DNA of 64,000 nucleotides, taken from NCBI GenBank assembly GCA_965113315.1, contig OZ220368.1; one strand, written 5' to 3'. Below, one piece after another: positions 1 through 12,517 of the stretch. Source of the DNA: Podarcis vaucheri (taxonomy: Eukaryota). The notes beneath the pieces were generated by a model that saw only the letters and a list, made by a program, of their open reading frames with translations, had not been told where the DNA came from and searched no databases. A program made the position numbers and the translations under genes. Within the stretch, counting starts at the first letter, position 1, and the number at the start of each line of letters is the position of its first letter.

Positions 1-1852
1 ATGGCTGGGCTAGCTACGGAGACAGTAAATTAAACGTTATGTATTAGTTTTTAGCATGTGGTCCCAAGAAGAACGCTGGCCCCATTTATTCGGCAAACCT
101 CCTGAGCACCATGACAACGACCTCCAGAAAAAATGCAGGGCTAAACTAATCCCAAAGACGTCAATCTCAGACCCTCTTCTACATACGCTTGCCGTTTAGA
201 TGAATAAACTGTCTTCTTAAAATGGTAGCAAGCGGTTCTATTCTAAATACCTCGGCAGCATGTTAAACACTGTATCAGTGAGTCAAGCCCCTGCCCTAGC
301 ACCAAACTGCACTTCATTTGTGTTTCTCATTTCACCAAGGTGGAATGGCAACTGCTTCTCCATTTAGGCTGCGTCAGGAGGATTATCAGGCACATAGATG
401 GGATGGAGGGGGAGGAATGGGAGCAGAAGGTTTAGAATTAGAAATCTTGTCAGCTTTAAATGCCCATCTCCCTCCTCCCTACCAGCATTAGTGTTTGGTT
501 GTTGGCTGGTAGATTATGCTCAAAGCTGGACTCAGATTTGATCAAAGGTGGGTCACCCCAATGACACCACAACCATCTTTTTGATAGCGGGTAAAAAATG
601 GATTCGAGGGTAAAGAAGAAACAAGAAGAAGGGATGGATGGGTGGATGATAGATTGAGGGAGAGGAAGATTAAGTCTTTCTTTGTGGCACATTGTCTGCC
701 ACCAGACAATACAAAATGTCCAAATCAATTAACCCAATGGTACAGGACAACTATACACTATACAACTATTGACACTATAATCATGAAGGGTTTTTTTTTT
801 AAAAAAAGAAATAAGCCAGTCAATTCAACCCACCCCACAAAAAAACCACAAAAGGCAACCTGAACTCTTGTGATTGGACCCTGTGATACACCAGCAGCCT
901 TTGTTCCCTAGGGAGTTACTATCTACAAGGAAAAATTATGTCTCCTCATGCCCCCTGGACACTCTCAATACTGGGTCATCTTTCCTGCCGTCTCAAAGAA
1001 ACTTGACATTCCTAGCAAAATGGTTGAAATCAAAAAGCAGAGAACGCTGTTAATTGAATATAATATTGTATTTCTCCTTTGTCTCTTGAATCGAACCAGT
1101 GGAATGGCACCAAAATGTCATGGAGAATAAATGCTTCCAAGTCACCAAACATATTGGAACCACTGAAGATTGCCCAAATATCGGGGGGCAGGATTTACCT
1201 AACAAACCCCATCAGTTGAAGGCCTCTGCAACGGGACTTTCCTCCCACTATTCCTACTGTGAAATTGGCTGGGGGGAGGGTAAGAAGAACCCAGAATAGC
1301 ATATGGGGAGGGGGGATTGTTCTCTCTGGCCAGCTGATATACTTGTGGAGACAGAATGTTTGCAATAGCAAGATGTTGAATTTCACCCTAGATTTCTCTT
1401 GGCTTTGTCTTCTACATAGCAATGGAGCTTTTTGGTTATATTAACCTACTCTGCAATCTAGTATGGAGGATGCAGATATATTGGTAATTGTGCTAATTGT
1501 GCAAGACCAGCACCCTGAAGTCCAGCCCTCCCCTCCTTCCCAAGCACTAATCTGTAAAAGCAACCAAGAACCTGACCAAACCCTTCTCAGCGAGAGCTCC
1601 TTTCCCTATACCATTTCCAAGGCAAGCCACCATTTCACTCTGGAAAGGCAGAGCAAGAGACTTGTGCGAGTACCAGTGAGGCCTCATATTTCTAGCCCTC
1701 CTTTAAATCATCCCTCCGTTGGGTAAAGGCACTCTCTGTTGAGGTTATAAACCCTAAGAGGATCAGCCTCAGCATTACACCTGGGGCACGCTAAATAAAA
1801 AAAGGTCACCGGTGCTTTTTAAACATGGACAAAAAAGCAGTAAAATGTGTTT

Positions 1853-2061
1853 NNNNNNNNNNNNNNNNNNNNNNNNNNNNNNNNNNNNNNNNNNNNNNNN
1901 NNNNNNNNNNNNNNNNNNNNNNNNNNNNNNNNNNNNNNNNNNNNNNNNNNNNNNNNNNNNNNNNNNNNNNNNNNNNNNNNNNNNNNNNNNNNNNNNNNNN
2001 NNNNNNNNNNNNNNNNNNNNNNNNNNNNNNNNNNNNNNNNNNNNNNNNNNNNNNNNNNNNN
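1853..2061. other. Assembly gap (209 N)
   Basis: Run of N bases. Confidence 0.99.
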
Positions 2062-2987
2062 ACCCTCGCTTCCCTCCCCTGCCAGCTTCCAAGCAACAAC
2101 CTACTTAGCTCATAGGAATAACGGGGTCTTTCTTCTCTGCTTCTGCTCTAATGCTTTCCAACTTGACAAATCCCCCTTTGAAGAACAAGCTAAGAGAGAA
2201 ATATCAGTTATAATATGCGACAGAAAGCACAAGGAGAGAGCACTACTGGACAGATTGAAAGTAGAAATTAAGGTGCAGTTTGTTCAACAGGGGAAAGTGA
2301 TTAAAAACTGGGACTGGGTTGTCAAGGAAAGTTGTGGATTCTCAATCAAGAGTATCCCTTTGCACAAGGCTAACGTATCCTTAAACAGCAGCTTTAGTCA
2401 ATCCAAAACTAGTGTACTCTTTTTGTCATATATGATAGGGAAGGAATCTGCAGAAGTTTTATCTGTATGGATCATAACCAGGATCGGATCATGAATCCAT
2501 TCGATTCTGTAGATCTCTTTAAGAGGCGTCCAATGACTACAGCAACATTTCTGTATGGTATTTTTCCCCCTTGCCCTTTAAAAAGCCCTGGGTAATGTAG
2601 CTGCTCACACTCTGGAGCAGCTAGTAGTGCATGGGGCACCTTCCTTTTCGCCACTGCACACTTTGAATACAATACAGCAAGTCCCCCTGAGAGCAACATA
2701 GCTTGATGCTGCACTCAGAGTGAATTGTACAGAGAGAAAAATGACTGCCCCTATGTAAAATGACTGCCCCCATACAATTCTGTGCAGACTGAGATTGGAA
2801 GAGGGAAAATTATTATCAATGGCAACCAAGTGAACTCTTGACAAAGTCAGGAAAAGTGCTATTAAATTGACATTGTAAAGTTTAAGAAGCTATTTAGACA
2901 TCAGGTTAAAACTTGGCTGTTTGTGTTTATGCAGGCTTTCAGACATTAATGCTGCTTTTTTCTGATACTGTACTATTTGCCGTTTCA

Positions 2988-3362
2988 GGGCTCATCCACA
3001 CTTCTGCTTGTCCTGTGCCTGGAAAGCACAGATCTGAACAGTTTTCTGCTTGAGCCATACTTTCTAGGCATGGGTTTGAGCAGTTTCCCCCTTGCCACAA
3101 TCCTTTCCCTTCAAACACCAGGGGTGGGAGCACACTGGAGCTGAAGAAAGCAGCAATGTGCACACACAGTCCAAAGTTATTACACAGAACTCATAGCTTA
3201 TATCTGAGCGCTGGTTTTTTTGCTCCAGAGCTTTTCCTGCAAAACCCCTCTCTTTAAAGTTCTATAGGAGCAAACCCAAATTGCCATTTGCTCCAATTGA
3301 GTACTAAAGATTGGTTTCCCCCGAAAGAAAGTAGCAGGACAAGAGGAAGTGGGGATGAGCCC
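2988..3362. mobile_element. PIF/Harbinger-like MITE
   Basis: TIRs gggctcatccacacttc / gaagtggggatgagccc (1 mismatch), flanked by tca and tga (TNA-type 3-bp target). Related copies at about 17721 and 56213-56488. Confidence 0.7.
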
Positions 3363-5409
3363 TGAGTCTTTTGGTTTTGTGGTATATGGTGCTCCTACCC
3401 AGAAAAGTCAGCCTAAATACTCCTGTTAACAAAGTAACCGCCTCAACCAGTTAGAAAGGCAGAGCAACAGTTACCTCCAAGGTTTCTTTCTCTGTGATTG
3501 TTCAAATGTCACTTTCGAGCAAACGCAACCTGCTTCAAAATGCTTGTTGATGGGGGTGGGGAGGCCCCTCTTGCAGGGGAGTTGGAAATGGGGAGTCAAG
3601 AGGTCACTATGCTTGAACGGAAGGGGACAGCATGAGACATCCTCATTGCAAACAGGGATATCTGTGCTCTCTTTCAAGAGGTTACAGCACCTCTTCAGCA
3701 AGGAAAAAGATATAGGAATGGGCCACTTTGGGAGCCACAGGTAAAATAGGAAGGGAGAGGTGGGGTTGAGACTCTTTCAAATGAAGGAAGAGGAGGACAA
3801 TGACAATGGCTGCTTACCAGTTCCCCTTCCCTTTATCTACTCTGCCACTCGTATCTGTTGTGGGAGACAAGAGAGCAAGAAAATCCCTCCTTACCTCTAC
3901 TCACCCATCCCAAAAACACGATATATCTTGGTGCTCTTGAATATATCTCCAAATGATTGTGAGAGCACCTATGTGTTCATGCGCACAGGCAAGAAAAACT
4001 CATGAATGTTTTGAAATTGTTTTATCATCTGCATGTTAGAAGGTATATCAGAATCTACTGGTAGATAGCCAGATCACATAGTAGATCAGCAGGAGGTTCT
4101 GCCTCTCAGTTATTTAACATCAGCAATAGCAGAAACCTTAAACTGGGGTGCTAGGGTTCCAGAGTTACTGCAGAGTTCAGATATTTGTTCTTGGATATGC
4201 AAGACTAAAGTGGCCAGGGTAGGTGTGGGGCAGTGGAGATAGGTAACTGGTTTCTTCCCTGGAGCCATCCTTTTGCCTCTGGTACTGGTTGCAGAAGCTC
4301 AAAGTGCTGGTAAAAAAACGAACCAGTCTGTGCAAGCCTGGCCATGCCTGGGCTAGGTGAATGACTGCTCACTCTGTGTGTATGTGTATAAGAAGTGCCC
4401 ATGCATGTCAGATGCATACATGTATGTGCTCACATAAACATGTGAGTGTGCCATGCTGACCCCAGGGACATGGGTGGAAGCAAGCACAAGGCGAGGGACA
4501 CCTATGATTTGGGAGCAGCCTACGGCCAAGAAAACACATCAAGATTGTAACATACGCTCATTGCTGCCTCTCCTAAAACTATCCCCTCCCTGTCTCAGAG
4601 ACAGGTCAGATGTCAGCACTGGGAAGCGGTGAGCCGGCAGCAGTGACACTTTGTTTCCTTTCAAGGCCACCCATTTGAGACTATTAAGTGCTGGGCTCCT
4701 GCTTTTTGATAGCCCCGAAAACACAGGCAGTTTATTTCTCTTAAACAATCAATCACAGCTGCTGTCAGCACAACAAATACCCTAACCCTGCTTTTTACAT
4801 CTCGCTCTGGCCTTTCCCTTCTCTCCTGCGCAAAGTGTTTCCTGCCTGATGCGTTGGACTTTAACTCTGCCATCTAAATAGGTACTTATCACTTAACATG
4901 GAGGTGATGGCTTGACATGTTTTCTGTCTCCTGCCCTCCCCTGCATGGTGGGGAAGCAGTCAAAGTGTTGCTAATAGCTGTTATCACTTGGGAACTGTAA
5001 CCCGAATGCAATGAGTGATACCAGCTTTTGCGGTGCTTTGTAACAGCACCAGTGGTCTCAGCATCTCAAGACACGAACACCACCAGCATCTTTTATTCTC
5101 TGACACTTTCCCAATGCCCAGTAAACTCACATACTCCCACTGGCTCCTTTGTCTGTTTGTCTTCAGGAAGCCACAGCAGCACTTAAGGAGGAAAGCCAAC
5201 TTCAGCTTCTGGCAATTTGAACCACTGTTTGAGTTACACCAGAGAACACTGCATGGTTCTCTATGCCTCAATGAAAGCTGGGAAAGGCAAAGACTTGACC
5301 ATGCTAGCATGTTGCCATGCAAGGAATCCCAATAACTTTGCTCTCTGGGCTTTTGCACACTTATTTGCCCCAATTTTCCCAGGCACAGGTCTGCACTTTA
5401 AAGTTCTGT

Positions 5410-5731
5410 GCCTGGCATAGGCATAGCATGGGGGGCGGGGCGGTCCTGGGTGCAAACGGGCACCCCCACTGCAGGCTCCTTCATTAGAGCCTGGCTCCAT
5501 GTGAGAAGGAGCTGCGCCTTGGCTGCTGCGCTCGTGCCTGGCCACAGCTCTGCCCCTGGGTCAGGCCTGATCCAGCGGCGAAGAGTAGGAGGAGAGTAGG
5601 TGGCAGCTTCCAGGTCCTTCTTATCCCCTTGGACACTGGCACATGGGAGGCCGTCCTCTGTGCACCGCCCCCCCTGGGGGGCACGCCCCACGCACCCATC
5701 CCAGGTAACACTGGCTTACACTCCGCCACTG
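5410..5731. mobile_element. GC-rich non-autonomous DNA transposon remnant
   Basis: Abruptly GC/CpG-rich block ending in actccgccactg (reverse complement of a CAGTGGCGGAGT-type terminus). Confidence 0.45.
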
Positions 5732-5859
5732 GTGCCTGAGCATTTTTGTTTGCCCATCCCTTGCTGTTTGCTCTGTTAGAACACTAATAAGTGCTCCCTC
5801 CCCCGGGGGAAAGACAGTGATAGAAGAGGAAGTTAGGGTAAGCCCATTGTCTACAGTCT

Positions 5860-5955
5860 GACTGCCAGTGGTTCATTGCCATCCCTGCCAGAGACTGAAC
5901 CTGGGACATTTTACATGCAAAACATGTGTTCTACTACTGAGCTATGACATCCTCC
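5860..5955 (-). mobile_element. Old tRNA-derived SINE head
   Basis: gactgaacctgggac...ctactactgagcta is the reverse complement of tRNA B and A boxes; similar sequence at about 17240-17300. Confidence 0.5.
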
Positions 5956-7856
5956 TTGAATCTCAAGAAAGGTGTTTCTTGATACTATTTTCCACTCAAC
6001 TTTGGACACAGAAGTCAGAACTAAACCTCATTTCAGCCTAGAGAACACAGATCATCCGTCATACACTCTATATGGTTATGTTCGAACTAGTTTTTAAAAA
6101 CCAGCACCAGAGTGTCTTCCACGTCTCCTGTGAGTTTTCGATATGTGGAATATATTGTGGAAATATGTGGAATATGTGGAAATCCATTTGGTTTGTTGGT
6201 TGACAGGAAGGAAGGAATTCTGTTCTTAAATCCATGTGCTTGGAAGTAAGACTAATTGATTTCAATAATGCTCACTTCCAATAAAGTATACTTAGGATCA
6301 CAGCCTTAGTGGATATGTTTCCAAACTTAATTACAACTACCCAATCTTTTTCCCAGTCTTTCTCCCACATGAATACCAGCCCTAAGTGCTGACATATTTC
6401 AAATATACATGGACAGTTCTCTGGTCTCTCCCTCTCCCCTACAGCCACAATGAGAAGATTTAATTATTAATCTTTTATCGTCTATCACTTTTAGAGATGA
6501 AGCCCTGAGGTATTATGTGATTTCCCCAAGGTCATCACAGAAGTACATGTCAAAGCTGTTACTAGGGATTCAGGAACACTGATGGAGGAATCTAGGTACA
6601 TAGTGCCTTTTCTGGCTTAAAGTACAGAGAAAATTTAGTAAAGAATCTATCCACTGTGAGACTTCATCAAACTCTTCCTCCTCAGAGGAAGGTTAGTGGT
6701 TGGGCAGACCACCAGAAACAATAATGCAGCATCAGAATTCCCTGCCATCCCTTCCCTCTCTTCTTTTTAAACTTCAATGCACTGTTACATGCCACTCCAA
6801 TCGGCTGCGCAAGATTCCCGGGGTTTCAGGCATGCTTATCAAGGGTTAGTGTTTCCTTTGGGAATGAGGTTCAACAAAGGCTGTAGTGTCTTTATGATAG
6901 ATGGTTTATTTACACATATATACAACCTGGAGCTGTCAATGGTAGGGCTCACAGCAGTAGCATCCCAATAGCTGCCAGCTCATTCCATAGTAACAACATT
7001 GGTAAGCAGAGCCCCATCCTTTTCTCTGCAGCCTCTCTTGCACTGCAGGGCACAACACAGGAAATAGCACCATAGCTTATCAGCTTTCCTTTTTTACTCT
7101 CCTCAGAAAGAGACCACACATTTGTATTCTCACACCTATTTCCTTTGATCCTGTGTTGTGTTAATACCTAATCCTCTGATCTCTCTAATTGCTTACCTCA
7201 CAAAGAAGCCTGACTGACTTCATTAACACTTGTTGCTTTCATGAATATTACACAACCCAGGAAGTGTGCCTAGGTAAATTAACCCTTCACATATGCTAAT
7301 TCCATATGCTAATTCCAGGGGATTAACAGTGGCTAACTCACAATTTAAATACACACAAGTCTGGCTATTACCAGTCCTAACATACCAGTTCTAATTAAAT
7401 CCTAACATTTCTTAAACCCAAGCATTTAGCACCCACCAAACATTACGTACTGCATCTTCAACAAATAACCCTTGTGTCTCAAAACTTGCACCCAAACATT
7501 TATTTTAGTCAACTGTTAGTGGCGGGGGGGGGAGATCCCATTTTGAAAATTAAAATCCAAAATATGCAAGCCTACATAAAATATGAAATTTAAGTAAATC
7601 TGCCCATTTTCTTTGCACAATTTTTGGCATCTTGGATCGTTCCAGGGCCAATTTGCAGGTCTTTTTCAATGCCAAGATTTTTTCCAGAAACGTGTGAGTG
7701 GGACCCATTTATCTTGCCACTAAATAACTATAGAGAATCCCAGCAAACCAGGGATTGAGGAGGAAGGACTTCTATGTCAGAGAATGGTGTTTCTAGACCA
7801 CTACTCTTCATCCTTTTCAGACCCAGCACCCACTTTTAACCTAAACATATATTTAA

Positions 7857-7983
7857 GGTGGTCTGCCATAGTCAAAATAAAAAAATTCCTTCCAGTAGCA
7901 CCTTAAAGACCAACTAAGTTAGTTCTTAGTATGAGCTTATGTGTGCTACTTTAAGGTGCTACTGGAAGGAATTTTTTTATTTT
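7857..7983. mobile_element. Penelope-like element remnant forming an inverted repeat
   Basis: ggtctgccatagtcaaaat...gtagcaccttaaagaccaactaagtt...atgagctt resembles squamate Penelope termini; perfect 35-bp arms at 7874-7908 and 7949-7983. Confidence 0.6.
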
Positions 7984-9386
7984 ATATATTTAAGGGCCAT
8001 TTCTTTCTTTCTTTTTCACCATATACTTAAATGGTGGTAGCACTGCTGTTGCAACCCACCTTAGATCAGCCCATGACTTGATAGGGAATCTTGACCCACC
8101 AGCTGAAGACCAAGGCAGACTTACACTTAGTCTAGCTATTAAGTGAGAAGCGCAGCACCTTTTGCATCACGCAGGCCTGTTCTTCAAGCAAGTGCCACTT
8201 GAGAATAACAATTCTGAGGCCAAGAGGCTGTAAGAAGAATTCAAAAGCCCCCTCTTCTTAACGTTCTTAGGTGATGGTGGGAGAGTGAAGGGAGGGGGAC
8301 GCCGTGTGGCGACAGCAGACAAGTGATCTTGGTTACACAGGACCCCTCAACTATCCTGCCTTAATCCCTTCACTCAAAGCAAATGGGATTCTTTGTTGCT
8401 TGAAGCTTCAAAGGCTCAATCCCTGCTGGGAGAAAAGGCCTTTTTCTTCCTTATCTGGTGACTGTCTCTAACTCTCTATATTTACTTCCAAACAACTAAT
8501 CTGCCTATTGAACGCCTCCTCAGGCTTGGTGTTTGGGACAGATGAGTTATCACCATCCAGCAATGAGCACAACCAAAATGCACAGTACAAGAGCTGCTTT
8601 TCATGCTGCTCTTTCCTACTCCCTTGTGAGGCACAAAGGCGAATAAGAAGATTCTTGATTTTTAATTGATGTGTTCCCTTTTACTTGCATGCCTGCTTCT
8701 GCTGTGTATGTTTGTTTCTGAATCAGGAATGGCAGCTCATGATCTGCCAGAGTAACACTAAGACCACACTGTATAGGGTGTGGCGCACACATTACTAGTA
8801 GCCTATGACAGCAGGTGGCACAACAACCTACAAAGTTTTTCTGCTTGGTCCTAAGGGCCACTTCCGACATTATTCGGCAATGACCCTGCATTTGCCACCA
8901 CATACACATTTGTTTAGCCACAGCTAAGCACACCCCACCCCTAACACATTACAGATGGAGGTTGGAGACAGAGAAGATAGAATTGCTGCAGACACCCACT
9001 TCACCAAACTAGTGTCTCTGGTTCCAGAGCACCCAGTGTGAAGGTCACAAGTTAAGATGATTTAATCTCCAATTGCAGGGACCCAAAGGCCAATTCTAGT
9101 AAAATCTGGAAGTATCTTAGAACGCTTAAATGGTTTTACAATGGGTTCTAAGCATGCCCACTACGTATTGAGGCACTAATATAAAGAGGGATGCAGGAAT
9201 AAAGACTTAAGTGACTGTCCCCTGCCCAGGGAACTTCAGGGTCTGTGTACAGGATGAGACAACTGTTTCATACCACATACTGTTATGAAGATTATGAAAG
9301 GAAGATCAAATTGGACCAAGAAACAGTGTTTGTAGGGGCATGGAGGATATTGGAAAACAATGTGTGACCAAATTTGACTCACTTAC

Positions 9387-9432
9387 CTTGGGAGTACCTG
9401 GAGCCATGACATCCTTCAATATAGAGTTCTTA
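9387..9432 (-). CDS. RNF220: RNF220 next coding exon (probable exon 4), 46 nt
   Basis: Minus strand reads tcttttctctcttgacag|T AAG AAC TCT ATA TTG AAG GAT GTC ATG GCT CCA GGT ACT CCC AAG|gtaagt, i.e. (S)KNSILKDVMAPGTPK, matching recalled RNF220 KNSLLKDAMAPGTPK. The first T completes codon AG|T from the upstream exon. Too short for the ORF track. Confidence 0.93.
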
Positions 9433-9624
9433 CTGTCAAGAGAGAAAAGAAGAGTATCAGTACCATACTGAAAGTGGGCAGATAAATTCTACAAGGTAAG
9501 ACTTTTCAGACCTTTTGGGGGGTTTGGTGCTGTAAAGCCCTCTATGATGAGATCCAGACAACTAGGAACTCACTTTCCACACAGAAGACCACCACCACCA
9601 CACTGTACCCAACTTTCTATCCCT

Positions 9625-9765
9625 ATTATTTATATATTACATTTGAATCCTGCCCTTTCTTCAGAGCAGGATTGGTGTTCTCACAAAAACCCTGTGAGGC
9701 TGAGATTAGACTGAGAGACAGTGACACTCAGTGCAACCCTGTCAACTCTGAAGCTGAGCAAGGAT
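9625..9765 (-). mobile_element. Degraded Squam3/MIR-like SINE
   Basis: ctcacaaaaaccctgtgagg...agactgagagacagtgac matches the reverse complement of the SINE core seen at 48715-48875. Confidence 0.5.
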
Positions 9766-11869
9766 ATAACGATGACTTCCTGTATCCAAAATCATACTCT
9801 AGGTATCACAGAAGCTCTGAAGTGCATCTGCCTTTTACACCTACATTATTCTTGTAGCATAATAAAGCTTTCCATGTCCACTAGGGAGGCAGGCCTGGCC
9901 CTATGGGAAAATACACCATTAAGTATCATAAACAGAAGTAATGCATAGTGTTGCAATTTGAAACCATGGCCATTTAACTGGACTGGCTCCAGCTTCTGGA
10001 GACGTCTTGGGCAACTTGAACAAGGACCCTTTAATAACTCTCCTTGTTCTCTTTGGCTCTCCTCATTCATTTATGCAGAGGAGAATGAGGGACAGCAAGA
10101 TCGGAGGGAGGAAGGCAACCAAACTGGAAGCAGAGCATGGAGTGAGGCAGCTGGCACACCATTAGGTTGGGGCATGGGCTGCAAAGACCTCCATGATCTG
10201 GTTCTGAGGCATGATGGTCTGGAGGTTTCTCATGCCCGTGTTACAATGGTCTTCCCAAACCACTACACATCCATTCACAACTCTTCTTACACCAAAGACT
10301 CCATTGCTCAAAGATTGGATAGACATACCTCAAGCATTCCCCCACAGCAGTGCTTTCTCTTAACTTAAATTTGTCTGATAGGAACCCAAGAGTAGATCCT
10401 GCCAATTTCTCTCATCTAGGCAAAGCAACAATTGCCCTCAAATACCACATCTCTCAAGGCTCCTGTATATGTGGCCTGTCTCATGCTGTCCCCTCTTCCA
10501 CAGGGTGTTCCAAAGCCAATTATCCTCCCCTCATGACCTGCCATTGTGAGCAGTCCAGCTGTAATTGCAGCAGTGGCTTCACTGCTTTGCAAAACAATTG
10601 GAAAGCACTCTATGGCCTGTGACCCATGAGCCAGGCTAATAGGTAACTTACTCCAAAGATTTGTGCCAACGGGGAATAAGAAGAGGTTAGGCTGGCTCTG
10701 GCATCCAGCGGCAAGTGGAGTGAGTTCGCTGGCAATTCCCCCATTCCCAAGATCAAAGGCTGCTCACCCACTAGCTTAAAGAAGACTCATAGGCAGGGTA
10801 GCAGTGGTATTACCTAGTGATTGGAGCGAAGGGTAGAACTTTACCACATTGCAGAGTGGATGCACAAAGGGAGCTCTATGGTACCCTGATTAAGCTGTTG
10901 AGGGGGTGGGGAGAACTAAAGCACAGCCCTGAAGGGCAGAAGGAAGCAAGGCATGCAAACTAGTCAGAACTAATGGCATACACACTTGGCAAATCTCAGG
11001 CAGATTCTTAAAAAAACACAAAAACACCTCAACTTAGTTAAGGGTTTGCTCTAGTGTCCCTTCCAAACCTAGTCAATCCTAGTAGCAAATGACAGTCAAA
11101 GTGGTGGCATTCACTTTCAGTTAGTTGTCCCCTTACTGGTTCTGGGCCCCAGCAAATTCCCAACCCTGATGACTTCTTGAACTGGCCATGTTGGGTAAGA
11201 CAAGATCTTGGATGAAACCACAGCCCAGTCCAGGAGAGGCAGGTAAAGGGGTGAAACTGAAACCAAAGTGTGCTGAAAAAACAGGTGATTTGGGAAACCA
11301 TTAAGAGACCTACTTGCCATGCAGAAAAGTAGTTAGCTGTGCTGTGGATAACTTGTCTCACAACGCATTACCACCTGCTCTTACTGCTTATGGGACACAG
11401 AAACTGGTTGAAAACTCTACAAGCACTTGCCACTTTGTTTGACCAGAAATCCTGCTGCAAAGTTAGCGTCCTGTGGGACGCTGATGTGACAGGCACCTTC
11501 CTGGTATAACCCTGTCTGGGTGCAGTCATTCATATACACTGCCTTGTTGCTCTGTGACGGATTACAGTCCCTATTAGTCGGAGGATACCTGATAAGGAAT
11601 TACATTTCTAAATATAAATGGTTACATTTCTCTGCAGTTCACATTTTCCCTGAGACCCTTGGTCCAGTATGGATCTCAGCCCTTGAACAAAATTAATGTA
11701 CAGAGACGCTGGCAGGAATGAAGAGCATTAGGTATCACACAGGACTGGGTCACAGGAGGAGAATGTGGAGCAGAGAAAAGAGAGACAAATTACTAAAATT
11801 AGAAGGGCCTTTCTCCAGGCTGTAGGAATTCCTTCTTTCTCTCTGCTTGGTTGATTTGTTAATTTCACT

Positions 11870-12240
11870 CCATTTCTATTTAACGGCTGGAAGGAGGTTC
11901 ACACTAGGGTGATCCTCCCCCTCCCCGCCCTCCCTGGAGCAAGATGCTTCAGATTTAATAATGCCTTTCACCCTCACTCCAGACAGGTTAAATTTGAAAC
12001 AATTACATATCAAAGGCGACGGGGCGGGGAGACCCCACACTGTAATTTTTTTGGTTATTAAAGTAATCTCTCTCATGTAAATTCTCCAGCTAACATGCCA
12101 CAAACAGCATTAGGAAATAAATGATTTCCCCATGATTCGATTTACTGATACAAAGCACCTGCAACAGGCAAAAATGGGGCTCTGAAATATGTTACCCAAG
12201 CTGATGTCTTGCGCTTGCAGGGCTCCCACAGCTGGAGGTC
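11870..12240. promoter_or_regulatory. Candidate conserved intronic enhancer
   Basis: Repeat-free block with TAAT clusters, TCF/LEF atcaaag (12009-12015) and GC box ggggcgggg (12021-12029). Confidence 0.45.
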
Positions 12241-12481
12241 CCTCTTCTTAGCCTTGGGGGGGTTGATGGATGGATGGGTGGATAGGTAGAGGGGAGGGTG
12301 GTGTGGGGGGGAGGATAGTGGGGAGAGAAGGAATTGTACTTAATAATAAAATTTGTATGCAAGTCGGCATCCCAAGCTAGGGATGACTGATCGGCAGCCA
12401 GAAAGTATTAAAAAGCCTTGCTAAACAGATGCTGACAATAGAACAAGACATATCAAATCAGATCTATTCTAGAAGCATTAA

Positions 12482-12517
12482 CACACACACACACACACAC
12501 ACACACACCACACACAC
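12482..12517. repeat. (CA)n microsatellite
   Basis: Direct observation, one interruption. Confidence 0.95.

Larger units (their letters stand above)
1..9386 (-). other. RNF220: Downstream RNF220 intron; next exon not found in window
   Basis: Follows donor gtaagt at 9386-9381. The expected next peptide (approximately SLLLSASIKREGESP) was not seen by eye. Confidence 0.6.

Noticed and set aside
1775-2494. Long ORFs spanning 1853-2061
   Set aside because: Artefacts of the N run (poly-X translation).
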